Notes under the pieces: generated by a model
Told to the model about the DNA's origin: nothing
The model's input: the letters and a program-made list of their open reading frames with translations, nothing else
The model's database searches: none
Shown: piece after piece, positions 13,017 through 26,039 of the stretch
How the letters are laid out: the number at the start of each line of letters is the position of its first letter
How positions within the stretch are numbered: the stretch's first letter is position 1
Origin: the human T2T-CHM13v2.0 reference genome, Homo sapiens
Length of the DNA stretch: 64,000 nt
Assembly: GCF_009914755.1 (NCBI RefSeq)
Contig: NC_060929.1
Reading direction: 5' to 3' (one strand)
Translations under genes and position numbers: made by a program

Positions 13017-13686
13017 CTGGGCAAAGCTTTCAAAGGAAGGAACAATTGTTCAAACACAAGCAGAACTGAAAAAACACAGAACATTTTCCTGTAGGCGTTG
13101 CAGATCTCTGTCCATTCCTAGCTCCTGCTGTGTTCTCTGCTACTTTCTTCAGGAGGATTTGGGGTTGGTAATTCAATACTGGGGAGGGAGGGGAAATAAG
13201 AAATTCAATATCCATACTTGTTGGGGAGAGGAAAATGGCAGGTCCAGACTCCATGCAGATGACTTTGGGTAGAAGGGGCATCTAACTGGGGAGAATCAGA
13301 TGGCACAAATATTTCAGGCATAGGGCTGTTCTTGGATGTGTCAGCAGGAGCAGGTATACGTCAGAAGAGACACACCCATGCAGTGACGTTTTGAACATTT
13401 GGCAATGTGTATTAGCACAGCTCTTCCCTTTAGCAAGATTTGTTTTGCGGTTCCAGATAGGTCATTTCCAGGCCTCATTCCGCCAAGGTAGTAAGCTAGA
13501 TACGAGATATGTTTTCAGGGTGTAATTTGGCAATATGTTGTTTTTTTTTTTTCTGGCTATTTTATCACTGCTAATATCAGTAGAGTTTCCAACCCACATG
13601 TTGGCCCTGCTTCAGCCTTTACCCCACCAAACCATGAAATGAAAGTCAGTAGTTTATTTCAAAATCTGGGCCGTATTTGACAACAT

Positions 13687-13690
<4 letters not shown>

Positions 13691-13731
<41 letters not shown>

Positions 13732-13957
13732 AGACAGTCTCACTCTTTTGCCCAGGCTGGAGTACAGTGGCATGATCTCAGCTCACTGCAGCCTCTGCCT
13801 CCCAGGGTCAAGCAATTCTCCTGCCTCAGCCTCCTTTAGTAGAGATGGGGTTTCACCATGCTGGGCAGACTGGTCTCGAACTCCTAACCTCAGTTGATCT
13901 ACCCACTTCTGCCTTTCAAAGTGCTGGGATCACAGGCAGGAGCCACCATGGCCAGCC
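13691..13957 (-). mobile_element. AluS with ~50-bp internal deletion and 40-nt poly(T)
   Basis: cagcctcc joined directly to tttagtagaga; TSD caacattgcc/caacactgcc. Confidence 0.92.
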
Positions 13958-15241
13958 AACACTGCCCTTTGATTAGTAATATAAAAACTTGTAGGTTGAT
14001 CTTAACAGCCATTTTATTTCATTTATCTTATACTGCAAATAGCAGAGAAATTTCTATAATAAAATATGTTTCTGGATTTCCTTGTAAATAATATTTTCTT
14101 ATTTTTAGTTCCTAAGTGAGTTGAAGGTAAGAGAATTGCTTTTAAAGTGAATTTTAAAACCACTGTCTTTTCCAGAAACCCAAGCAAGCTTGTCAAATTG
14201 TGCCTGTGACAGAAGAAAGCAGCTACTTCTCTACTGACAGTCGTGATTTTCCAAATTGTTCAAACCTCCCACCATTTTCATGGGGAAAGTCTGAAATATC
14301 TGGACCAATGAATAATCAGAAATCATTAAGGAATAAGTAAGTGGGTCAGCATGATACCTTAGGTGAATGAAAATGTAGATAGAATAATAAAATTTGAAGA
14401 GGGATGACATGATAAAAATGCCACATCTTCTTTTATGATGTATCAAGATTCAGATATATTTTATATGTATACTTAAATACATAGTAAGTAATGGAACTTG
14501 GAATTTGGGGTATTTTTATGCTTCTACCATTTTATTTTTAGCCACACTGAGCATACAATGTAATATACTTTATAAAATATTCCCTAAATGTAAAAAAAAA
14601 ACTCTAAAACACTGTAAGACACTACTGATTCCACAGATCAGATCATGTTACATGTGATTATAGATAAATATGATGCATCTCATATATTATTCCTTGTAAA
14701 ACTTCTGACACAGATGTTATTATTGCCCTGGACAAAAACAATTTAATTAAATTTCAATATAAATTCTTGTAAAATGAACATAATACCATTTTTTTTAAGT
14801 CTAAAACAATAGAAGCATTTCTAAAAACAGAGAGACTATTTTCATCAGGTTTCACTGGTGATTAACACTGAACATGTTGCGGGAAGCATGTCTGTTTCAA
14901 ATCCCACCCTCGTGTATAGAATTTGACACCAGATGGTTTCAAACTAACAAGGAATTAACAATTTGTGTGTTGTTAATTGTTCCATTATAAAAGTACTCTT
15001 GTGAAGTAAATAAGAAATACATTTCCATGGCATACAGCTGAAGATATAATTGTAAAGTAAAACAAAATGTGAACAAAAGTTTTGGTAATTGCTAAAATGT
15101 GTCAGAAAAGGCACAGTATCATTTTTTTAGAAAAACAATATTGCTTTTTTCCCTATTCTTTTTTCTTTTGATTATTTGAAATTAAATTCAGCACCACCAT
15201 AATTTAAATATGTACAAAATATTAATGAATGGAATACACTC

Positions 15242-15727
15242 TGTGATGTGTAATTGTATGTGTCAACTTGCCTCTGAGTTAAGGAATAGCCAGATAGCTG
15301 GAAAAATTGTATTTTTGGTATGTCTTTGAATGAGTTTCCAGGAAAGATTATCATTTGAATCAACAGACTGAGTAAAAGTCTTGCTCCTCAATGTGGGTGG
15401 GCATCCCCCATTTTGTCATGTCCCTGAATAGAACAAAAAGGCAGAGGAAGGAAAAATTCACTCTCTCTCTTCTTGAGCTAGAACAATCATCTTCTTCTGT
15501 CCTGGAACATTGGTGCTCCTGGTTCTCAGACCTTCAGTATCAAACTCAATTATACCACAGGTTTTCCTAGTTCTCCAGCCTGCAGATGGCAAACTGTGGA
15601 ACTTCTCGGCATCCATAATTGCATGAGCCAATTCCCATAATAAATTTCCATCTATCTGTCTACCTACCTACCTACCTACCAACCATCTAAGCATCTATTT
15701 TCTATCATCTATCTATCTATCTATCTA

Positions 15728-15779
<52 letters not shown>

Positions 15780-15844
15780 GGCATCTATCTATCTAATCAT
15801 ATGTCTTATTGGTTCTGTTTCTCTGGAGCACATTGACTAATGCA
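15242..15844 (+). mobile_element. ERVL MLT2-family solo LTR
   Basis: tgtgatgtgtaattgtatgtgtcaacttg...ggttctgtttctctggag...gactaatgca; TSD cactc/cacta. Confidence 0.85.
15650..15796. repeat. Compound (TCTA)n/(CCTA)n tetranucleotide STR inside MLT2
   Basis: Direct reading; uninterrupted TCTA run at about 15729-15778. Confidence 0.95.
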
Positions 15845-16501
15845 CACTATAAATCTATCCAGTTGTATGTTTCAAGTGTTACCAATTTTACTTTTTGACA
15901 TGTAGCTATCCTGTGTTGTTCCTATTTGACATACTGTGAACAGTACACATTGTATTGACAAGTGCATGATGGGGACAAAAGTCTGAATTCAAGGATTTTT
16001 AAAATATGTTGAGTACTTTTATCATAATTGCTATATATAAGAAATCTCATGTATTTATGGGAATTAGAACTCATAATGAAAGGCTAGGAAAGAAATTCTC
16101 AAAGTTTTTGTTTCAGGACACCGCTGCACCCTTAAAATATTGAAGACCCCAAATAATTTTGTTTTATGGCTTATATCTTTTAATATTTACTACACTTGAA
16201 ATTAAAACTGAGATTTAAAAGTTTATTGAATAATTTAAAAATAGCAAGATTAACCCATTACATGTTAACCTAAATAACATATCTTTCTAAAAATACATTT
16301 CTAAACTAAAGAATAATTGGTGAGAAGAGTAGCATTTTTCTACATTATTGCAGATTTAAAATCTATCTGGCTTATTAGGAAATAGTTGAATTCTCAAAAC
16401 TCTTTTGCATTCAACCTATTATAATATGTTGTTTTGGTTAAAGTATAAAAAATCAGGCTTACACAGAAATATAGTAGGAAAAGGAATAATTATTTTAATA
16501 A

Positions 16502-17279
16502 TGTCAAAGATAAAATTAAATTTGAGACAAAATTAGTAAATGCTACTTATTCCTGATCATGCAGCCTTAAAGGAAACTATCTGTGGCCATGCTCTTTTCA
16601 GCAGGATTCAAAGGTATTTGAAGGAAGTTTTGGTTTTATAGAGGAAAAGGAGTAAGTCCTGAGATAGATAGACTCTGATTAGCAAGTTTTCTTAACACTC
16701 TTACGGGATTTTTGAAAGTGGTGGAGACTTTCTAATTGTTCTTCAGGTACATTTTTGTGTCCTTGTGTCGTAGGACTTTTTCCTTAGTTCAGCTAAGAGC
16801 CAGTTTCTTGTCACATGGCCATGAGATATTAGACTCGCAGACACTTTGAAGGTTGAAAAAAATGGAATTTTTGAGCAAAAATGGACAGAAAGGGAAACAG
16901 GACTCTCTGCAAAGCTAGGGTCCTGCAAGTGTGCGTCCTGCCTCACAGATTGAATTCCAGGTTCCACCCAGGAAGAGGAGGGGCCAAGCTCCTCCCCACT
17001 GCAAATGAACAAACTTCCCGAGGCTCCATCCCAGTGTGCACTCATCCCAGGGACAGGTGGGTTGGGGGTTCTCTGGTGACCCCTTTATACTCAGCTCTCT
17101 CACTTGGTTGGCTGCAATTGGGTAGATAAGCGATTTGGGGAGATTTCAAAAGAGGAAAAACTTGCTTAATCTTCAGTGACAAACTCTCTGTAGCTAGCCA
17201 TTTTGGGGAACAAGAGGAGGCTGATGGAATTACTTTTCTCACTCAAACTCATGCTGTTTTTATGGCAGGCAATCTCTCA
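16502..17279 (-). mobile_element. ERV1-type solo LTR (family not assigned), host of MER61
   Basis: TG...CA termini with 4-bp TSD ataa (16498-16501, 17280-17283). Confidence 0.6.
16766..17102 (-). mobile_element. ERV1 LTR MER61-like
   Basis: tgtcgtaggactttttccttagttcagctaa...cccctttatactcagctctctca; 4-bp TSD cttg. Confidence 0.85.
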
Positions 17280-18649
17280 ATAATATATTTAGGTAATATT
17301 GCATATTCTTCTTTTATACTATACCAAAACTCCACAAAGTGTAGTCTATTAAAAGTTAGTTGCAATGTGTTAACTGAAACCGTATCAGTAAACTTTTTAT
17401 CATCTGGTACATTAAAATCCATTGGTGTATTTTGAATTTGACTGGATCTTTTCCCAGCCTATGATTTTATAACCCTGTATATTTTTCAATTGGAAAATAT
17501 TGTTTTATTGATTTATGCAAATCTCTCAAATGTTGGCACATTTAATTATAAAATATTTTTAAATAGCATCCATTTATATAATTACTGACCTTGTCAGAAA
17601 AGACTCCAAGAGTTGGAAGGCTGTCAAGCTTAGTCATTGACATACATTTTCTAAAATTTCACTTTTCACAAAAAGCTCAATTTTTATGAATCCCAACAAA
17701 TACTTTTAGTTATGTTCTTTGAAGTGTCATGCTTACTTTGTTGATTTTTCTAGAAAATGTCTGCTAAATGCCCAAGCCTGAATGACAAGAGTAAGATTGT
17801 AAGCCAATCTTTGAAATAAAACTTCTGTTGAATGGAAAAAAATCAACTGGCTCAGCTTGCCACTCAATCACAGATGTACTTTCCTTCAAGACAACCATCA
17901 ACCACCATACTTTAGTAGACAGCAGAAGTTCTTCATGAGAATTTTACATTTTATCACACAGAATATCAAAAGTACATACACTCATACTCAAAGGCCATTG
18001 TTTATGAAAATTAATCATATTTTACTGCTTTGGCAATAAGTTGCTGCTGTTGTGGTTTCTCCCTCTGATTGTGTAGAGGGAAGTTATAAAAAGTTTAGTA
18101 GTACGGTCTGCTTTCGCTTGTCTTGATTGGTGTGAAAGCATCAATGGTTTTATCCACCACTCGTTTTGTACCATGAGTTTAAATTTCAACACAGTAAAAA
18201 AGGCAAATATATCAGTTTACTATCATTGTGGAAATAGTTTTGATCTCCAGGTCTCCCCGAAACTGCAAACATCTTGAGTACCTCATGGTATATGGCACAG
18301 CTCTGGAAAACTGCTGTGGTAGCGGAAATGAAATCTGAACTCTATCCTTGATTCCAAGGTTTATCTCCCAGGGTTGTGGGGGGGAAAAGGAAGAAGAGAA
18401 AGGAAGAAAAGAAAATTAATGTAAATAATATTAACTGCAAAGAAAACAAATGCAATTATTATTAGCAATAGTAGTAGTAGCAGTGGTAGCAATAGTAGTA
18501 GTATTAACTTAGTTATTATGGATGATTATATTGACCTGACACATACAACTTTAAATTAAAACTAATTAGTTGGGCAAATGTAACAGTCTTCCATTACACT
18601 TTTTATTTATTCCAATAAATTTGGAATTCCTCTATTACATTTGGGAGTT

Positions 18650-19170
18650 ATACACCATATAAGTACTTTCTCCCTAAAGTAGACCCCCAGCAACTGCTGC
18701 AAAATGTTCTTCCATTGGCACTTTTATATCCTGGCCACAGGCATATTGCCTAGGTTTTGCCAATCAGATTCAGCCCAGTGAAAATTCGGTTCAAACTTGA
18801 GCACCTAAGGGAAGGTACATCCATGTAAATCAACTTTATTCATAAAGGTGACTGTAGAAGCTTGTGGATTACAAAGAAAAAATGGCTGCATCAATGGGTT
18901 CTCAGTGATGTGGCTGCTGTTAATATCATGGATTGCAGGGCAAGTCAAGAGCCTGGTAGCAGAGCACGTGGCGGATCTATGGTGGCCATGGCAGTTGTGG
19001 AGCTTTCTTTTTAAGCAGATCTGCTTGTTATTCTCAGCACTGTTCCTGAATGATTATATTTGCACCACCTGGCAGTCATCCCAAAGGTATCTTGAGCGCC
19101 CCAATATTTTTTAAACTACTTTTATGCTTAATCATCTAAAATCAAACCCCTTTACAAAAAGTATCCTGTC
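18650..19170 (+). mobile_element. Ancient ERVL LTR (LTR33-like)
   Basis: Weak similarity of cccaatatttttt...tatgcttaa end to the recalled LTR33 3' end. Confidence 0.4.
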
Positions 19171-19274
19171 TTAAGCAGGTAATGCTTTATGTTGGGCCAT
19201 TTTTTTTTAAACATTTGGTATACTCTGAGATACATTTCACATGACGTGTTTCATTAGTGATAATAAAAATGTAT

Positions 19275-19800
19275 TGCATTAATCAGGGTTCTCCAGAGAA
19301 ACAGAACCATTAGGATATGTGTGTGTGTATATGTGTATGTATAAAAGGTGATTTATTATGAGGAATTGGCTCATATGATTACACAGACTGAGAAGTTTCA
19401 CAATCTCCCATCTGCAGGCTGGAGACCCAGGAAAGCTGGTGGTGTAAATCAGTCCAATTTTGAAGGCCTGAGAACCAGAGGAGATGGTATAATACCAGTC
19501 TGATAACTGGAGAAAATGAGATGAAGTGTCCCACCTCAAGTGGGCAGGGGGGAAGCAAAAAGGGGATGAATTTTTCCTTCTTCCTTGTGTTCTATTCAGG
19601 CTCTCAACCAATTGGTTGATGCTCACCCATCCTGGTGGCATCCTCACAAGGGGAAGGGAAATCTGCATTACTGACTCCACTGATTCATTGCTAATCTCAT
19701 CAGGAAACACCCTCACAGACATACCCAGAAATAATCCTGATCCAGATACCTGAACATCTCCTATTCCAGTCAAGTTGACACAATAAAATTAGTTATCACA
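19275..19800 (-). mobile_element. ERVL MLT2-family solo LTR
   Basis: tcagggttctccagagaaacagaacc...ccagtcaagttgacacaataaaattagttatcaca. Confidence 0.87.
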
Positions 19801-22289
19801 TTTACAATCAATATAAAGAAATGTTCAGATGTTCAGATCTTTTTTCTATGGCCAAGTTTCATCCATCCAGGTTACATAAAAGCAAAATTACTTTCAAGGT
19901 ATATATGTGCATTTTTACCTTGTTATTTAATACAGCATACTGCTTAATTTGAAACTTTGGTCTGTCAAGAAAATGTCCTGTGCATTAGTATAGGACTTAA
20001 ATGTTCATTCGATAAAATGTATTTAACAATTTAGGCTTGACTAACCTTCATCAGAGATTTGCCTAAAGTAAAAGGCTGATAGAAACTCCATGAAAGCTCC
20101 AAGAACGCTTGTGGTTTATTTGTTTGCTCTTTCAGCAGTTGTCAATAGATGAAAATATAAAATTGAGAAATAATATTATATTTTGTGCCAGACATTGGCT
20201 TGCTGTGCACACAGGGTATTATTGGACAGAAACTGACAACTGTTTCATTAATGAAAGAATTGCCTCAGTACTCAGAAATTATGATTCAATGGGCATGAGC
20301 CCACAGTTTTGATGGAGTAGAAGCTTATTCTTTGAAATTTTCCTTCTGCATAGCATATTTATTAATTCATTTTTATTATCTAAAAATCATGTTAGAGCAC
20401 TCTCTCTGTATCTAGGATCAGAATTCTTATTATCCTGAAAGCTGTGGGAATAGGGGATTTCTACCAATGCTAAACCTTTCCACTTTCCCTTCTACGTTTC
20501 ATTTTTAGGAAAAAGTGGAGGACACTTTGAAGTATAATTTTAAACTACTTTCAAGTTTTGTTAAGAGAGTCTTTCTTCTAATAAGATGCTGTCTGGGGCT
20601 AATAAATAGTTAGGCATTATAAAGAGTGGGTGTAAACCTTACATACAATTCATTGATAGTTTTTTGCTCTGATAAGATTGTTACTATATCTATAAAATTA
20701 TATCATAAGAGGCAGTTTTAAATAAAAAATGATTGAATAAATCCTGATAGCTGAAATTGTATAAGAATAGTAATTATTGTTATTATTAATAAGTTCCTTT
20801 GAGGAATTATTACTTAAATAATACAGCAAACATGTAATGATACATTCTGAATACATCAATAATGAAGTTTTTTAGACTACATGCTTTACAGAAACTTTGA
20901 ACAGGATTTTCAACCTCAATTTGCTTCATATAGGAGAGAAAACTCTGTAACTCCTTAAAAGTACATCTAAAAAAGGGATTTTCTCCACTTTCCTCACACG
21001 TGCACGCATGTGTGTGTGTGTCTGTCACCTGTGTGAAAGATGACAGAAGCAGATAGAGCTAAAAGAATTTTCTAAAAATAAAATGCACTGCAGAAAAGCT
21101 CTGAGATCTCACAGAGAGTGCCAAAATATCAGTGCATCAGTAGCCAAGGGGATAAAAAGGGTATAAAAATTCCATTTCCTTAAACTCCACACTTTCCTGG
21201 AACAATGTAAAGAAGAGAGCCGTGCTGCCAAATAAGACCTTAACTTGAAATGCCAAAGTCTCTCGGAAGCAGTTTCTCAAAGATGGTATTTTAGGGCAAA
21301 TGATCAGCAAGTCTTTGGTTTCTAGTGTTTTGTTTTCTTATTCATGTGGCTTCTAAAGCTGAAAATAATAAACTTGTAAGTTGGATTGAAACATTAAAGT
21401 ATTAGATATTATAAATGTCAATATCAGACACATACTACCTTTGTTGCATTTTTTCCCTATATTGTTTTTAGATGTCTATCAGTTTGTATGTCTTCATTCA
21501 AATCTGCTCTTCTATGAAGCCGTCCTCAGCTTGTGGAAAAAATGCCCTCTTTATCACGAAAACTCCAGGAGAATTTACTTGTTGCAACTCTCATAGGGCT
21601 ACTTTAAAAAAACTCTGAATAACTAGAGTAATGAAGAGAAGTCTAGGCCTCTCTTCATCTCGGGATGAATTAGAGGATTGATGATCAGGTTTTTATAAAA
21701 TTCAATCTGAGCTAAAGAATGTGACCAAAATTATATTTTAAACCCTTCCCAACGTGTTGTCATTTGTGACATCACATTTAACTCAAACGTCATCTTCTGT
21801 GAGTTCTCTAATCTCACTACTTAAATCCAATCCCACTATTATGCCCTCCTTTTCAATGTCTCCAGGTCAGTTTCATTAGGAGTCAAAATATTATGTGCCT
21901 TTCATTGAAATATCTTCAATAAAGATAGCTTTTCATTGAAGAAAGATTTGATCTATGTCAGTGGCAACTTCCAACAGCTATGACACAGGTGTCAAGCAAC
22001 TTGAATTTTATATGTCAGCATGATCATCAGATTGAAGGTTTGACTAAAGCGTGTGAGTGTGTGTGGGGTATGTGTGTACACTTATACTCCTCCCCAGATA
22101 AATTTTCATTTAATGGGTCTAGGACACACAAAAATCATGTGTCTAAAGTTTCAGTAATTTCCAAATAATTGCAAATGGCTATCATATGTCTAATAGTAAC
22201 TATTCACTACCCCCACATCCCTCAGGTTCAACAGTTAGGCAATCCTTCCCTTTATTATCACATATTTTGAGCAAAATTTTTCCATAGTA

Positions 22290-22450
22290 TTTGCACTGTC
22301 CTGCTGTGCTGTAATCTTTGGTTTATTGTCCACTTTCCCACTAGACAGAGATTTTTGTGGACAGAGCCTATATTATTTATTTCTATAGCTTTGAAACTAC
22401 AATTTAATCTGACATATATATGTTAAACAAAGTTTAATAGACATATTTAG
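22290..22450 (+). mobile_element. LINE-2 3' end remnant
   Basis: ttcccactagacagagatttttgtggacagagcc resembles the L2 terminus. Confidence 0.45.
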
Positions 22451-23857
22451 TTTGCTCTATATTTGTTTAGATATTAGTTTGCTAACTATGGTGTGAAGAG
22501 AGAGAGGAGAGTAACATTTAGAGATTTATTTTGGAATCAAATTTTAGTCTGTAAAGATCTTCTTAGTATTTGTCCTTTATTCATAGTATCATCAAATTTT
22601 TTTGTTGTTGTTGTTAAAAAGAGAGAAACCGTGATGTGCATTTACCCTGTACAACATTTAGCAGAGCGATCAGGAATCAGGCATAGGGGATTTCACACTG
22701 AAACTGTGTTATTTTCTTTTCTTACTCAGGAGGGAGCTCAAATATGGCGTGCTGCCTTTGTGGACATTTAATCACCAGTTATGTTTTCTTTACATCTTCA
22801 GAGTAAAACTTCTTTCCTTAAACATTTTAGCCCAATTATAAAACTTAACTGACACTTCTCAACATATATGAGTAGTATTACTAAACCATGAAAATCTCCT
22901 AAAATATGTCCATCATTGTCTTCTTTTTCTACCTCAAATTTCGCTGCCTCAGATTGCTTGCTGAACATCTCTCAGTTTATATATTTCACCAACTAATTGC
23001 ACACATATAAAAAGAAAATAAGAACAATACTTTTCCACCCAGATCAGGTGTGTTTCTTCTCTCTTAGTAATGTCTCTGATGTCTCTTATTGTCAATCTTG
23101 ACCCCCTCTCACGTCAAACACCCCCACCCCCACACGTCAATTATTCTGGCTTGAAGCCACCTCTGAGTGACCTTTACATCTCCCAATCCTTGGTCATCCC
23201 TCTCCTTTCCTAATAGTTGCCAAGCACCTCCTCTAGGGATGAAAATTGTTATAATCACTTCTTACTTCATTGCCCTTGACAGTGTTCTTGCTTACAACCT
23301 ACACAACCTAGTTATTTCATTAAAATATTGAATTAATAGATGTTAATTCTGAAGAAATTAGGCAATTGACTTGAAAATTCAATGCAGCAAAAGGCTTTCT
23401 TTTTCTATTATATAGTTGTAATTACTTATCTTCTAGGATTTTCCTGTAAGACACTATTTTCAAGTTCTCTATGTTTAAAATAATAACAGTAACTATATTA
23501 ATAATTCAAATATCATCATCATCGTTGACTGTAAAATGCCTTAATATCTGTGATTTTCTTTTCCTTTTTTATTTTGTTGGCAGAAATCACATTAATAAGA
23601 ACCAACATGGAATCTCAACACGTAATACAGATGAAGCCAAAGAAACACAGATAGATTGAGGCAGAAAATGCAGAGACTATGAATCTTCTTGGATCCACAT
23701 GAAGGTACCTACTGAGAGCTCACCTAAAACATTAGGTCCCTGCAGAGTGTGCATCAGATAATATTGTAAATAAATGACATTTTCCTGAAACACTTGTGAG
23801 CAAGCAGTAAAGTGCTAAGACAACATATAGAAACTATTTAGAAAACTAGGTCCAAAA

Positions 23858-24513
23858 CAGTTGATTCTTGTTATTTGTGGTAGTTATGCTCTATAAATTA
23901 CCCACAAACACTGAATTGGCAAATACCGAACCTTTGCTCCTGGGAGAAACACGGGGCTAGGTTCCTGAGAGCATCTGGTCACATTTTCATCAACCAGTCA
24001 ATATGTAATGTTGTTTTATGTGTGTGCCTGTTTAAAGATGCCTTATTTAATCTACGTTGTTGACTTACTAACATTGAACTCACAACCAACAGCACTATAA
24101 CTCATGACCAAATGAAGCTTATCTAACACACATATTTCCTTTGGAAGACACACTTAGACACACTAGATTATCTTGCACTTAGGTAATCTAGGCAGCACTT
24201 CAGTACTGTTTAGGGGCCATTTTAAACAGTGAAATTGCCAACAAAAATGAAAAAAAAAAAAAGATCATGGCACTAAGGAGACTAGGACGCTTGTTTACAG
24301 CCTGAGAGGTGAGATAAGAAGGCAGAGCATGGCCTTGTTTGATCTCAGCTAAAAACATGTGCATCGGACGACTCAAAATTTTCACTGATTTGCACATGTC
24401 CTCGGATGATGGAGAAGGCATCATGAGTATTGATTTGATTTGGGGTTCTAAATATATTTCACTGCGTAGGCAAATTTGCAAACAAGCAGTCTATGAATAA
24501 TGAGAATAGACTG
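23858..24513 (+). mobile_element. Tigger-family element MER82-like
   Basis: TIRs cagttgattcttgttatt / aataatgagaatagactg followed by TA; about 655 bp. Confidence 0.8.
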
Positions 24514-26039
24514 TAATCACTTTAATGTGTCAGGAATGAAAGACAGCATGTTTGATGCGGATGTATCTTCAATGTTGATTACACTTTAATGCAATATTAT
24601 TGAGCTCCTTAAAAGAATGCAAAGAGAGACATTTGCAGCAGAAGTACAAATGACTTCTTGCATGCTCACCTAGAAACTTTTTTCTCTAAGTAATAGTTAT
24701 TGTTTAAATATATAGAATTAAATATATTCTTTTGAAAATATGAGAAATGCAAAAAAAAGTGATAACCTGCAATCTCAGCAATTAGAAAATCAGTGATAAA
24801 AAGTTTATTCTACTTGCTCATTTCAGGATATTACAAAAGTCGTATACTTTTTTTCACTAAATTTTATGGGCTGAACAACTTTCTGAAACATAAGAACTTA
24901 AAGACAGAATTTTTGGTAACTAAATAATGGCTACCTAATAAGAATGAACTATAAGTTTAACCAATAAACTATCTTTAGATATTTAAATGCTTCCTCCATT
25001 TTGCTATTTCATAGAACCAAGATGAGCAATCTTGAACTCAGATGTTTATTGTAGTATGTCTTTGGGATACACAGGAGGATTTACACTCATATCAATCAAA
25101 GTCCCATCAGTAAAACAAAATTTATTCCAGGTGGTGCAACAGAGAGCATTTAAAAAAATAAACTACTTACAAATCTACTTTCAAGAACATGTTTGAAAGA
25201 CAAATGGGGTAATGAGGCAACTCAGAAATTAACAAAACTTGAAGCTGATATGCTCACTCAGGTTTAAAGGACAAAATAGGAGATAGCCATATTATCAGCC
25301 AAGAATTAGAGCTGGCTTCTGGGCGGCAGGTGGGATCACAGCCTGGGCAGAATGATGATTTGAAACTACAGAGACTTCTGGCCAGAGATAGAAGTAGAAA
25401 CACTCTCACTACTTTCTTCGTCTGTCTGAAATCTCCCATCAGTGTTTCTCCTTGGTTCAACCTATTCTGAGTCAAGTGGGGGTAATTACAGAGAAATAGA
25501 TCTACAAGAAAACAGGTGAGTGACTTCACACCCCTCCAAAGGGTGTGGACTATCTGGAGGATTTTGGTACTGTTATGGAGTTGTTTAAAAGAGAGATAAT
25601 ATGAAATGAAATTCCTTAAGTAGGGCATAAGAAAGCTCATTTCTCCATACACTTACCGTACGTGTATTATAAATATTATTTTGCAATTTAGTTTTCAAAT
25701 TGGTGGGCAGAACAATCTCATATCTATTTTCATATTTTTTGGTAATTACTAATATGGTTTAATGCTTTCTCTACTTTTTTCAGACTATTATATCTCCCAG
25801 AAAAGTCTTTTTAGGTCTCTTTATATAAGTCCTAAAAATTTCTTATTAAATCTGTTCTTAGATTGCTGTTGTGAGTAGGAAATTGCCTTTCATTTCTATT
25901 TTCTAGAGAGTATTATTTTTTAATTATGCATTTATTTTGAAATAAAAATCAGATCTTTATAAAAATTATAAAATATTTAAAATAACTTTTATAATTTCTG
26001 TGTTTAAATTCACATATTTTTCTGTATTTTGCCAATAGT

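Larger units (their letters stand above)
16095..18317 (-). mobile_element. hAT Charlie1(a)-like DNA transposon, split by LTR insertion at 16502-17279
   Basis: Antisense Charlie1 5' region (aacacagtaaaaaaggcaaat...aaatagttttgatctcc...gaaaactgctg) and 3' region (ttaaaatattgaagaccccaaa...aacccattacatgttaac). Confidence 0.7.

Noticed and set aside
15650-15796. Repeat arrays as CRISPR-like
   Set aside because: Simple STRs without spacers; eukaryotic context.
19279-19773. 164-aa ORF on the minus strand
   Set aside because: Lies entirely within an MLT2 LTR; no domain similarity recognised.
22740-22752. aatatggcg YY1-like motif
   Set aside because: Single imperfect motif with no supporting context.
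25254-25652. 132-aa ORF
   Set aside because: No recognisable domain or splice/codon support; overlaps a probable ancient LTR remnant.
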